NCBI RefSeq assembly: GCF_000331575.1
Contig: NZ_ANOK01000003.1
Location: 404,365-428,364 of the forward strand
Length of the DNA: 24,000 bases
Reading direction: 5' to 3'
Source: Calidifontibacillus oryziterrae
Lineage (GTDB): Bacteria > Bacillota > Bacilli > Bacillales > Bacillaceae_J
Shown in pieces: positions 1 through 7,787 of the stretch. Below the pieces are notes generated by a model. It did no database searches. It saw only the letters and a program-made list of their open reading frames with translations, and had not been told where the DNA came from. The first letter of the stretch is position 1. Each line of letters begins with the position of its first letter. Both the position numbers and the translations under genes were made by a program.

Positions 1-264
1 GGAAGCTTAAATATAAAATCCGGTTTTACCGGGGCGGGCTTTGATGGAATTGCGGTAGCGCTATTAGGTGGTAATCAAGCGTTTGGGATCGTATTAGCTG
101 CAATATTATTTGGTGCCCTAAAGGTTGGGGCGCTAGAAATGCCAATGGGTGCTGGTGTACCAACAGAGCTAGTCGATATTGTTATTGCCTTAATCATTTT
201 TTTTGTAGCCTCTAGTTATTTAATTCAGCTTATTTTTAGGCGCTTTAAAAAGGGGGCAAATTGA
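1..264 (+). CDS. ABC transporter permease, C-terminal fragment (5' end lies outside the window); BMP/nucleoside-uptake type, YufP/NupP-like
   Basis: Frame 1 is open from base 1 to TGA 262-264. The translation GSLNIKSGFTGAGFDGIAVALLGGNQAFGIVLAAILFGALKVGALEMPMGAGVPTELVDIVIALIIFFVASSYLIQLIFRRFKKGAN is hydrophobic and permease-like. Its stop overlaps the ATG of the next permease. Confidence 0.75.
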   Translation, partial: GSLNIKSGFTGAGFDGIAVALLGGNQAFGIVLAAILFGALKVGALEMPMGAGVPTELVDIVIALIIFFVASSYLIQLIFRRFKKGAN

Positions 265-1223
265 TGTCTGTCTTGCAAATGCTTGAAATCATTATTCCTT
301 CTGCAATTTTTTTCTCGGCTCCCTTGATCTATACAGCATTAGGTGGCGTGTTTTGTGAACGTGCTGGAGTTGTCAATATTGGTTTAGAAGGATTAATGGT
401 AGTTGGAGCTTTTACTTCAATTGTTTTTAATTTAACCTTTGCTCCTAGCTTTGGCGATTATACACCATGGCTAGCGATTATTGCTGCAATGTTCATTTCT
501 GCACTTTTTTCCCTATTACATGCCGTTGCTTCAATTTCCTTTCGTGCTGACCAAGTTGTTAGCGGTGTTGCGATAAACTTTTTAGGATTAGGATTATCAA
601 TGTTTCTCGTTAAATTATGGTATGGAAAAGGTCAAACTGATCAAATTCGAGAAGGCTTCAATAAAATAGATTTGCCCATTTTAAGTAAGATTCCAATCGT
701 TGGGGAATTGTTATTCTCTAATGGATATTATCCTGCCTATTGGTCATTTGTAATCGCTGTTTTAGCATGGTATGTCGTGTTCAAAACTCCGTTTGGCTTA
801 AGGCTTAGAGCTGTTGGTGAACATCCGCTGGCAGCCGATACTATGGGTATTAATGTAACTAGAATGAGGTATATAGCAGTTTTTTTGAGCGGTGCATTAG
901 CTGGAATTGGCGGAGCAGTTTTCGCCCAGGTTATCTCTAGGATTTTTACTCATACGACGATAAGTGGTCAAGGGTTTATCGCCTTAGCCGCGATGATATT
1001 TGGAAAGTGGCATCCTATAGGAGCGATGGGAGCAGCTTTGTTTTTTGGTTTTGCTCAAAGCTTAAGTATTGTAGGACAAACCATTCCATTTTTAAAAGGG
1101 ATCCCTTCTGTATATTTTTATATTGCGCCATATGTGTTGACAATTTTAGCACTAACTGGTTTCATTGGTCGGGCTGAAGCGCCAAAGGCGTCAGGAACTC
1201 CTTATATAAAAGGAAGAAGATAA
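264..1223 (+). CDS. ABC transporter permease (BMP/nucleoside uptake family, YufQ/NupQ-like)
   Basis: The track ORF is 261..1223. ATG 264 lies 7 nt after AAGGGGG (249-255), and the alternative TTG 261 is too close to it. The product is a polytopic hydrophobic protein with several hydrophobic segments, as expected of a permease. The start is coupled to the upstream permease by a TGATG overlap. Confidence 0.85.
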   Translation: MSVLQMLEIIIPSAIFFSAPLIYTALGGVFCERAGVVNIGLEGLMVVGAFTSIVFNLTFAPSFGDYTPWLAIIAAMFISALFSLLHAVASISFRADQVVSGVAINFLGLGLSMFLVKLWYGKGQTDQIREGFNKIDLPILSKIPIVGELLFSNGYYPAYWSFVIAVLAWYVVFKTPFGLRLRAVGEHPLAADTMGINVTRMRYIAVFLSGALAGIGGAVFAQVISRIFTHTTISGQGFIALAAMIFGKWHPIGAMGAALFFGFAQSLSIVGQTIPFLKGIPSVYFYIAPYVLTILALTGFIGRAEAPKASGTPYIKGRR

Positions 1224-1225
1224 GG

Positions 1226-1253
1226 GGCTGTCAATAGTGGCAGCCTTTTTTTT
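1226..1253 (+). terminator. Rho-independent terminator of the permease operon
   Basis: GGCTGTCA (1226-1233) pairs with TGGCAGCC (1238-1245) across loop ATAG, with one G-U pair. A T8 tract follows at 1246-1253. Confidence 0.8.
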
Positions 1254-1287
1254 AAGATAAGAAAGTATATAATTTTGCGCTTTGGAA

Positions 1288-1432
1288 TCCAGCACGAGCG
1301 CCCAGCGACTAGTAAACTTCGCTCATCTCTTTTGCGATAAGTCAACATCGACTCGTCTCTCGACGTGTTTCCTTTATCTCAGTCGGTGCGCTCTTATTTT
1401 TACGTCGCTAATCAGGGCGCTTGCGCCTTTTT
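1288..1432 (+). repeat. Intergenic structured repeat, copy A (about 140 nt, with terminal inverted repeats)
   Basis: Core 1304-1416 aligns by hand to 12283-12396 with 6 substitutions and 1 indel. The 5' end is CCAGCACGAGCGCC..AGCGAC and the 3' end is GTCGCT..GGCGCTTGCGCC, which are inverted copies of each other. The 3' end forms a GGCGC/GCGCC hairpin followed by T5. Confidence 0.85.
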
Positions 1433-1487
1433 AACTTGAAATTATAAGTAACATAGAGTTATATTGGGAATACTTATAAGATTAAAT

Positions 1488-1517
1488 TTGCAAAAATAGA
1501 CAAAACTTACATATAGT
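1488..1517 (+). promoter_or_regulatory. Candidate sigma-A promoter for ymfF-ymfH
   Basis: TTGCAA (1488-1493), then an 18-nt spacer, then TATAGT (1512-1517), about 35 nt upstream of the ymfF start. Confidence 0.35.
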
Positions 1518-1550
1518 AAACTAGATTGAACACATAGAGGAGGTATTTAA

Positions 1551-2834
1551 ATGACTCTTGTAAAAGAGAAAAAATACTCGATAAATGGATTTAAACTTCA
1601 TGGCATAGAGACATTAAAATATAAGACCAATACAATTGTCTTAAAATTGAAATCTCCATTACGGGAAGAGAATGTAACAACTAGAGCGCTCCTTCCGTAT
1701 GTTTTGCAGAGTGGTACGGCTATGTATCCGTCAGCTCGAGAGCTGCGTACACAACTGGATGAACTTTATGGAGCTACCTTTAATGTTGATGTTTCAAAAA
1801 AGGGAGAATACCAAATCATTACATTCAGAATGGATATCGCAAACGAAAAATATTTATCCGACTCAACTCCTTTGCTTGAAAGTGGTTTAAAGCTAATGTC
1901 CGAAATATTATTGAAGCCAGCACTGAAGAATGACTCCTTTCGTGAAGATATTGTTGAGAAGGAAAAAAGAGGGTTAAGACAACGAATTCAAGCTATCTTT
2001 GATGATAAGATGCGTTATGCCAATATGCGGCTTGTTCAGGAAATGTGTAATGAGGAGCCTTATAGGCTAAATGCTTATGGAACAATTAATGATATTGAAA
2101 AAATAACTGCGAGATCCCTATATGAATATTATCAAACTGTACTTAGTAATGACGAGGTTGACCTTTACGTAGTTGGTGATCTTAACGTTGATCAAGTAAA
2201 AGATATCGTCGAAAAGTCCTTTTGTTTGCCAACTAATCGTTCCAATGAATATGAAAACTCTACTATAATTCAAAAGCGACCTGCGGAAATAAAAGAAATT
2301 TTTGAAAACCAAGATATTAAGCAGGGAAAGCTCCATATTGGTTGCCGTACAAATACAACATATCAGGATGAGGATTATTTTGCTTTACAAATGTTCAATG
2401 GAATTTTTGGTGGTTTTTCCCATTCGAAACTATTTATAAACGTCCGTGAAAAAGCCAGTCTAGCTTATTACGCGGCTTCACGATTTGAAAGTCATAAAGG
2501 ATTATTAATGATCATGAGTGGAATTGAGTTTGGGAATTATGAACGTTGTGTTGCGATTATTAAAGAGCAGCTGAACCATATGAAAAACGGCAATTTTACT
2601 GACGAAGAGATTGAACAGACAAAAGCAGTTTTAAAAAATCAAATTTTAGAAACAATTGATACAGCATATGGGTTAGTTGAAATATTATATCATAACGTAG
2701 TTGCAGGTTTTGAGCGGCCGTTAGACGATTGGCTTACTAAAGTAGATGCGGTAACAAGGAAGGATATTCAAACTGCATCCCAAAAAGTGGAGCTCGATAC
2801 TATTTACTTCCTTAAAGGATTGGAGGGAGCATAA
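1551..2834 (+). CDS. ymfF: M16B family peptidase-like protein, non-catalytic subunit (no HxxEH motif), YmfF-like
   Basis: 427-aa ORF. AGAGGAGG (1537-1544) lies 6 nt before the ATG. It has the same length and domain layout as the downstream M16 protein. The position expected for HxxEH instead reads LLPYVLQSGT. Synteny with ymfH-ymfI supports the call. Confidence 0.8.
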   Translation: MTLVKEKKYSINGFKLHGIETLKYKTNTIVLKLKSPLREENVTTRALLPYVLQSGTAMYPSARELRTQLDELYGATFNVDVSKKGEYQIITFRMDIANEKYLSDSTPLLESGLKLMSEILLKPALKNDSFREDIVEKEKRGLRQRIQAIFDDKMRYANMRLVQEMCNEEPYRLNAYGTINDIEKITARSLYEYYQTVLSNDEVDLYVVGDLNVDQVKDIVEKSFCLPTNRSNEYENSTIIQKRPAEIKEIFENQDIKQGKLHIGCRTNTTYQDEDYFALQMFNGIFGGFSHSKLFINVREKASLAYYAASRFESHKGLLMIMSGIEFGNYERCVAIIKEQLNHMKNGNFTDEEIEQTKAVLKNQILETIDTAYGLVEILYHNVVAGFERPLDDWLTKVDAVTRKDIQTASQKVELDTIYFLKGLEGA

Positions 2835-2835
2835 T

Positions 2836-4119
2836 ATGGAGAAAATTACATTTGACCAATTAAAAGAACAGCTTTTTCATGAAAAGCTACCCAATGGTCT
2901 CGAGGTTTTTTTGTTACCCAAGGAGGGCTTCAATAAAACTTATGCAACATTTACCACGAAATACGGAAGTATTGATAATCGTTTTGTCCCGTTAGGACGA
3001 AGTGATGAACAACAAGTTCCGGATGGAATTGCCCATTTTTTAGAGCATAAATTGTTTGAAAAGGAAGATGGTGATGTATTTGCTGAGTTTAGTAAGCATG
3101 GAGCTTCGGCTAATGCGTTTACTTCATTTACGAGAACAGCTTACCTATTTTCTAGCACTTCAAATGTAAAGGAAAATTTAGAAATATTATTGGATTTCGT
3201 ACAAAGTCCTTATTTTTCAGAGCAATCAGTTGAAAAAGAAAAAGGGATAATCGGTCAAGAAATTACAATGTATGATGACAATCCAGATTGGCGTGTGTAT
3301 TACGGGCTAATTGAGAACATGTATAAGAATCATCCAGTAAAAATTGATATTGCAGGAACGATAGAGTCAATTTCAAACATTACTAAGGACCTATTATATA
3401 CGTGCTATGAGACGTTCTATCATCCAAGCAATATGCTGTTATTTGTTGTAGGTCCTATTAATCCAGAGGAAATGATCCAACAAATACGGGATAATCAGGC
3501 TAAAAAGCAATTTGCACGAGCACCAGAGATAAAGCGCTTCTTTGATCCTGAACCACTTGAAGTTGCTGAAGCAAAACGTATTCTAGCAATGCCTGTACAA
3601 ACTTCAAAATGCTTAGCAGGCTTTAAAACAAAAAATCCGACGCGCCAAGGGATAGAATTGCTTCAGCACGAATTAACTGTTAATGTTTTATTAGATTTAT
3701 TGTTCGGTAAAAGCTCCTCTAATTATGAGAAATTATATGATGAGGGCTTAATAGATGATACGTTCTCATTTGATTATTCAGAGGAGTATGGATTTGGGTT
3801 TGCGATGATTGGGGGAGATACAGAAAATCCAGATGAGCTGTCAAAGCGTATTCAAACGATTACTCTTAACTTTGATGTAAACAGTATTTCTAAGGATTAT
3901 TTATCGAGAATAAAAAAGAAAAAGATTGGTGCCTTCCTACGAGCATTAAATTCACCGGAATATATAGCGAATCAATTTACAAGGTATCAATTCAATGGCA
4001 TGAATTTGTTCGATATCGTATCTGTATTAGAAGATATTGAAATGGCTAGGCTTGATGAAGTGGCAAAAGAAATATTTGATGAAAAATGTTTTACAGAATT
4101 TCAAGTTGTGCCAAAATAG
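2836..4119 (+). CDS. ymfH: M16B family zinc peptidase (pitrilysin-like), catalytic subunit, YmfH-like
   Basis: 427-aa ORF that starts 1 nt after the ymfF stop. It contains the inverted zinc motif HFLEH (in GIAHFLEHKLFE) and a downstream glutamate-rich EKEKGIIGQE segment. Confidence 0.85.
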   Translation: MEKITFDQLKEQLFHEKLPNGLEVFLLPKEGFNKTYATFTTKYGSIDNRFVPLGRSDEQQVPDGIAHFLEHKLFEKEDGDVFAEFSKHGASANAFTSFTRTAYLFSSTSNVKENLEILLDFVQSPYFSEQSVEKEKGIIGQEITMYDDNPDWRVYYGLIENMYKNHPVKIDIAGTIESISNITKDLLYTCYETFYHPSNMLLFVVGPINPEEMIQQIRDNQAKKQFARAPEIKRFFDPEPLEVAEAKRILAMPVQTSKCLAGFKTKNPTRQGIELLQHELTVNVLLDLLFGKSSSNYEKLYDEGLIDDTFSFDYSEEYGFGFAMIGGDTENPDELSKRIQTITLNFDVNSISKDYLSRIKKKKIGAFLRALNSPEYIANQFTRYQFNGMNLFDIVSVLEDIEMARLDEVAKEIFDEKCFTEFQVVPK

Positions 4120-4132
4120 AAAGTAACAATTT

Positions 4133-4160
4133 GCGCCCGAGCGGGCGCTTTTAGCTTTTT
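4133..4160 (+). terminator. Rho-independent terminator after ymfH
   Basis: GCGCCC (4133-4138) pairs with GGGCGC (4143-4148) across loop GAGC, followed by TTTTAGCTTTTTT. Confidence 0.8.
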
Positions 4161-4179
4161 TACATATGGAGTGATAATC

Positions 4180-4896
4180 TTGGGTAAATGGGCACTGATT
4201 ACAGGAGCTAGTGGGGGAATCGGCCAAGAAATTGCGAGAAGTTTGGCTGATGATGGATATAATCTTTATTTGCATTTTAATCAAAATCAGAAAGCAGTAG
4301 AAAATTTAGCAGCAGAACTTGATGTAAACTATGAACTTATCTGTGCCGATCTTTCTAATTCTAATGGTGTGTATGACATACTAGCGAAAATCTCTAATCC
4401 GTTAGAGGTGCTAATACTTAATGCGGGCACAAGCTATACAGGTTTAATGACAGACATGACGGACAAAGAAGTATTTGAAATGGTACAGCTTCATATTACA
4501 AGCCCATTTTTATTAACGAAGAATTTACTAGGATCAATGGTACACAATAAAAGGGGGAAAATAATTGTAATTTCCTCTATTTGGGGCTTAACGGGGGCAT
4601 CATGCGAGGTTTTGTATTCAATGGTAAAGGGTGGACAAAATACTTTTGTGAAGGCACTAGCGAAGGAAGTTGCACCTTCCGGGATAAATGTAAACGGAAT
4701 TGCTCCAGGTCCAATTGAAACTAGAATGATGAAAGCTATTTCTGATGAAGATAAACAAACTATTCTTGCCGAAATACCAATGGGACGGTTTGGTACGCCA
4801 GAAGAGGTAGCCCATGCAGTTTCTTTTTTAGTTTCAGATAAATCTAGTTATATTAACGGAGAAATAATCTCAATTAATGGAGCATGGTATACGTGA
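4180..4896 (+). CDS. ymfI: SDR family oxidoreductase (3-oxoacyl-ACP reductase-like), YmfI-like
   Basis: Rossmann motif TGASGGIG, an NAG motif and the catalytic YSMVK (YxxxK). The track start GTG 4171 directly abuts the GGAG at 4167-4170. TTG 4180 has 9-nt spacing, so I prefer it, but the start is uncertain by 9 nt. Confidence 0.8.
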   Translation: MGKWALITGASGGIGQEIARSLADDGYNLYLHFNQNQKAVENLAAELDVNYELICADLSNSNGVYDILAKISNPLEVLILNAGTSYTGLMTDMTDKEVFEMVQLHITSPFLLTKNLLGSMVHNKRGKIIVISSIWGLTGASCEVLYSMVKGGQNTFVKALAKEVAPSGINVNGIAPGPIETRMMKAISDEDKQTILAEIPMGRFGTPEEVAHAVSFLVSDKSSYINGEIISINGAWYT

Positions 4897-4956
4897 ATAT
4901 TTTTTTTATAAAGTGACATGATAAGAAATGATCATATTCTTAAGGAGAGTGATATC

Positions 4957-5202
4957 ATGTCAGTTCTTGATAATTTTGAACAATGGAAAGACTTTTTAGA
5001 AGACAGATTAAATCAAGCAAAAAGCAATGGAATGGACCAAGATACTATTTCCAATATTGCAGTAGAAGTTGGAGACTACTTAGCTAAGCAGGTCGACCCG
5101 AAAAATGATGAAGAACGACTATTGGCTGAGCTTTGGAAAGTCGCGACCCCTGAAGAACAAAAATCAATTGCTAATATGATGGTAAAGCTCGTTCAAAAAT
5201 AA
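4957..5202 (+). CDS. ymfJ: Small conserved protein YmfJ (DUF3243 family)
   Basis: The track ORF 4918..5202 is 5'-extended. ATG 4957 follows AAGGAGAG (4942-4949). The 81-aa acidic helical protein sits in the position expected between ymfI and ymfK. Confidence 0.7.
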   Translation: MSVLDNFEQWKDFLEDRLNQAKSNGMDQDTISNIAVEVGDYLAKQVDPKNDEERLLAELWKVATPEEQKSIANMMVKLVQK

Positions 5203-5208
5203 AGGATT

Positions 5209-5240
5209 AGAGAGGTTCTATGTGACCTCTCTTTTAATTT
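5209..5240 (+). terminator. Rho-independent terminator after ymfJ
   Basis: AGAGAGGT (5209-5216) pairs with ACCTCTCT (5225-5232), followed by TTTAATTTT. Confidence 0.75.
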
Positions 5241-5371
5241 TGTCGAGAATTGCCGATAAATCTTTTCTATTATTAGAAAATCATTTATTATAGTAGTAGT
5301 TGGAAAAAATATGATTGGTGAAGAATATCATTTTGACATAAATATATTTCTCGATGGAAGCAGGGATGCCG

Positions 5372-6169
5372 ATGGAAAAACAAGAATGGTATCTTGAATA
5401 TGAGATTGTTATAAATCGCCCAGGGCTTCTTGGTGATATTTCATCATTATTAGGTATGTTATCGATTAACATTGTTACAATAAATGGTGTAGAAGATAGT
5501 CGCCGTGGTTTGCTTATACTAAGCAAGGAAAACAAACAAATTGAACGACTTGAATCTATTTTAAATACAATTGATAATATAAAAATAAGAAAATTACGAA
5601 AACCACATCTGCGTGATCGTATCGCTGTCAAACACGGTCGATATATACATCGTGAAAAGGATGATAAAAAAACATTTCGATTTGTACGAAGAGAACTAGG
5701 GATATTGGTCGATTTTATGGCAGAGCTTTTTAAGAAAAATGAACATAAATTAATTGGTATTCGAGGAATGCCACGTGTTGGGAAGACCGAATCAATTGTA
5801 GCTGCCAGTGTTTGTGCAAACAAAAGATGGCTATTTGTGTCATCGACACTCTTAAAGCAGACGATTCGCAGCCAGTTAATTGAAGAAGAATATCAAAATG
5901 ATCATTTATACATATTGGATGGAATTGTTTCTACGAAAAGAGCTTCTGAACGTCATTGGGAGTTAGTTCGCGAAATTATGCGGCTAGATGCTGTTAAGGT
6001 TGTGGAGCATCCTGATATTTTTGTTCAGTACTCAGAATATACACTAGATGACTTTGATTATATTATCGAGCTCAGAAATGATCAAGACGAAGAAATTTCA
6101 TATGATATCGTTGAAAATCGAAAGTTTTCATCTGATTCTAGTTTTGGTTTTTCAGACTTTGATTTTTAA
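5372..6169 (+). CDS. ymfK: Conserved uncharacterised protein YmfK (DUF3388): N-terminal ACT-like domain plus C-terminal P-loop-like domain
   Basis: The N-terminus YLEYEIVINRPGLLGDISSLLGMLSINIVTING resembles an ACT fold. GIRGMPRVGKTE resembles a Walker A motif and HLYILDG resembles a Walker B motif. Possible starts are 5354, 5366 and 5372, and only 5372 has an SD-like CAGGGA 6 nt upstream. Confidence 0.7.
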   Translation: MEKQEWYLEYEIVINRPGLLGDISSLLGMLSINIVTINGVEDSRRGLLILSKENKQIERLESILNTIDNIKIRKLRKPHLRDRIAVKHGRYIHREKDDKKTFRFVRRELGILVDFMAELFKKNEHKLIGIRGMPRVGKTESIVAASVCANKRWLFVSSTLLKQTIRSQLIEEEYQNDHLYILDGIVSTKRASERHWELVREIMRLDAVKVVEHPDIFVQYSEYTLDDFDYIIELRNDQDEEISYDIVENRKFSSDSSFGFSDFDF

Positions 6170-6193
6170 TTTAAATATTGGACGGTGTTATCA

Positions 6194-7120
6194 TTGACGG
6201 AACTCGGAAAACGGTTAGAGGAAGCTAGAAAACAAAAAAATCTTACCCTTGATGAATTGCAATCTATTACAAAAATTCAAAAGCGTTATTTAAAAGCAAT
6301 TGAAGAAGGGAATTATGGGATTTTACCTGGAAAATTTTATGCGAGGGCATTTATTAGGCAATATGCAGAAGCTGTCGGCCTTGATTCAGAAAGGATTTTT
6401 GATGAATTTGTATCTGACATCCCAAAATCTGAAGTAGAGGCTCCAAGCGGTTTATCATCAAGAACCCAAACAAAGAGAACACCTGTGTCATCAACTTCCT
6501 CTGTCTTGTTTGCGATTTTGCCGAAGTTGCTAGTTTTTGTTCTTGTTGTCAGTGTAGCTGTATTTATTTGGTTGTATATGCAAAAACTAGATATTGCTAA
6601 AAATACTGATAACGACTCGGTTAATACAGTTGAAAGTCAAACCGATGAGAATATTACAATTGTTAATCAAGACGATGAAGAAGGAACGGAGAACCCTAAC
6701 GAGGAAACTAATACAAATGATCAACAAACCGAAACACCAAATGACAATGCCCCAACTCAAGAACAACCAACTGAAGAAGATGATCAGCAATTACTTGAAC
6801 TTGAAAAGCTGGATGGCCGGACGCCATATACGACGTATGAACTTAAGGGTACCGATCAATTTATAGTGGAGCTTTCCTCAACTGGAAGAAGTTATATCGG
6901 AATTATAAATGGTATCGGAAAGTCTTTTTATGGCGGGGAGCTAGGCAATGGTGAAAAGCTAAATTACGATTTTTCCGCTGAAGAAGAAATCGAATTTAAT
7001 ATAGGCCGTACTCTTGATGTGCAGTTGAAAATTAACGGACAACCTGTTAATTATCCATTTCCGCCAACTGAAAAGGTTCATCAAAAAGTAAAGATCATTT
7101 TTAATAAGGTAACACAATAG
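6194..7120 (+). CDS. rodZ: Cytoskeleton/cell-shape protein RodZ (YmfM)
   Basis: N-terminal XRE-type HTH (LTLDELQSITKIQKRYLKAIEEGNY), a single TM segment (LPKLLVFVLVVSVAVFIWLYM), an acidic/Q/T/N low-complexity linker and a C-terminal beta-rich domain (DUF4115-like). TTG 6194 gives the typical MTELG N-terminus, and GTG 6185 is the alternative start. Confidence 0.8.
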   Translation: MTELGKRLEEARKQKNLTLDELQSITKIQKRYLKAIEEGNYGILPGKFYARAFIRQYAEAVGLDSERIFDEFVSDIPKSEVEAPSGLSSRTQTKRTPVSSTSSVLFAILPKLLVFVLVVSVAVFIWLYMQKLDIAKNTDNDSVNTVESQTDENITIVNQDDEEGTENPNEETNTNDQQTETPNDNAPTQEQPTEEDDQQLLELEKLDGRTPYTTYELKGTDQFIVELSSTGRSYIGIINGIGKSFYGGELGNGEKLNYDFSAEEEIEFNIGRTLDVQLKINGQPVNYPFPPTEKVHQKVKIIFNKVTQ

Positions 7121-7133
7121 GGCTAAAGAGGTT

Positions 7134-7164
7134 AGAGTCATCATAGCTATTGATGACTCTTTTC
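7134..7164 (+). terminator. Hairpin after rodZ (a weak terminator or attenuator)
   Basis: AGAGTCATCA (7134-7143) pairs perfectly over 10 bp with TGATGACTCT (7151-7160). Only a short TTT tail follows. Confidence 0.5.
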
Positions 7165-7194
7165 ATGCATACATTTTGATTGGGGGGATATACT

Positions 7195-7773
7195 TTGAAT
7201 TTACCTAATAAAATAACGATTTTAAGAATAATATTGATACCTGTTTTTTTAATTTTCATGGTCGTGCCAATGCCATTTGGGGAACTATTTTTCTTTAATG
7301 ATGTATTGCCTGTTTCTCATTTTATTGGTGCATTAATTTTCATTATAGCATCGGCAACGGATTGGATAGACGGCTATTTAGCTCGAAAACACAATTTAGT
7401 CACGAATTTAGGGAAATTCTTAGATCCTTTAGCTGATAAATTATTAGTTTCTGCTGCTTTAATTTCTTTAGTTGAACTTCAGCTTGCCCCTGCTTGGATG
7501 GTAGTTGTAATAATAAGCCGAGAATTTGCTGTCACTGGCTTGAGGTTAGTAGCTGCTGGTGAAGGAGAAGTAATGGCAGCTGGTCAGTTAGGGAAGATAA
7601 AAACGGTCACACAAATCATTGCGATTTCTGCATTATTGTTACATGATATTCCTTTTTCCGGTATAGGATTTCCGTTAGGTGATGTTTTCTTATGGATCGC
7701 CGTATTTTTTACTGTTATATCAGGTTGGGATTACTTTGCGAAAAATAAGCATGTATTTGTGAATTCTAAATAA
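7195..7773 (+). CDS. pgsA: CDP-diacylglycerol--glycerol-3-phosphate 3-phosphatidyltransferase
   Basis: CDP-alcohol phosphotransferase motif DWIDGYLARKHNLVTNLGKFLDPLADK. TTG 7195 lies 6 nt after GGGGGGA and gives MNLPNKIT, as in known PgsA proteins. The track start 7180 is 5'-extended. Confidence 0.9.
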   Translation: MNLPNKITILRIILIPVFLIFMVVPMPFGELFFFNDVLPVSHFIGALIFIIASATDWIDGYLARKHNLVTNLGKFLDPLADKLLVSAALISLVELQLAPAWMVVVIISREFAVTGLRLVAAGEGEVMAAGQLGKIKTVTQIIAISALLLHDIPFSGIGFPLGDVFLWIAVFFTVISGWDYFAKNKHVFVNSK

Positions 7774-7787
7774 CGGGGAGGTTGTTG

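Noticed and set aside
1699-1890. Short alternative-frame + strand ORFs inside ymfF (1699-1890), rodZ (6594-6866), recA (9668-9874) and rny (10642-10872)
   Set aside because: They are nested within longer genes that have clear family signatures, and nothing independently supports them.
5281-5823. 180-aa ORF on the minus strand, antisense to ymfK
   Set aside because: It lies almost entirely opposite the well-supported ymfK frame. It has no RBS, its composition is low-complexity and Ser/Ile/Phe-rich as expected of a shadow ORF in AT-rich DNA, and it has no recognisable motif.
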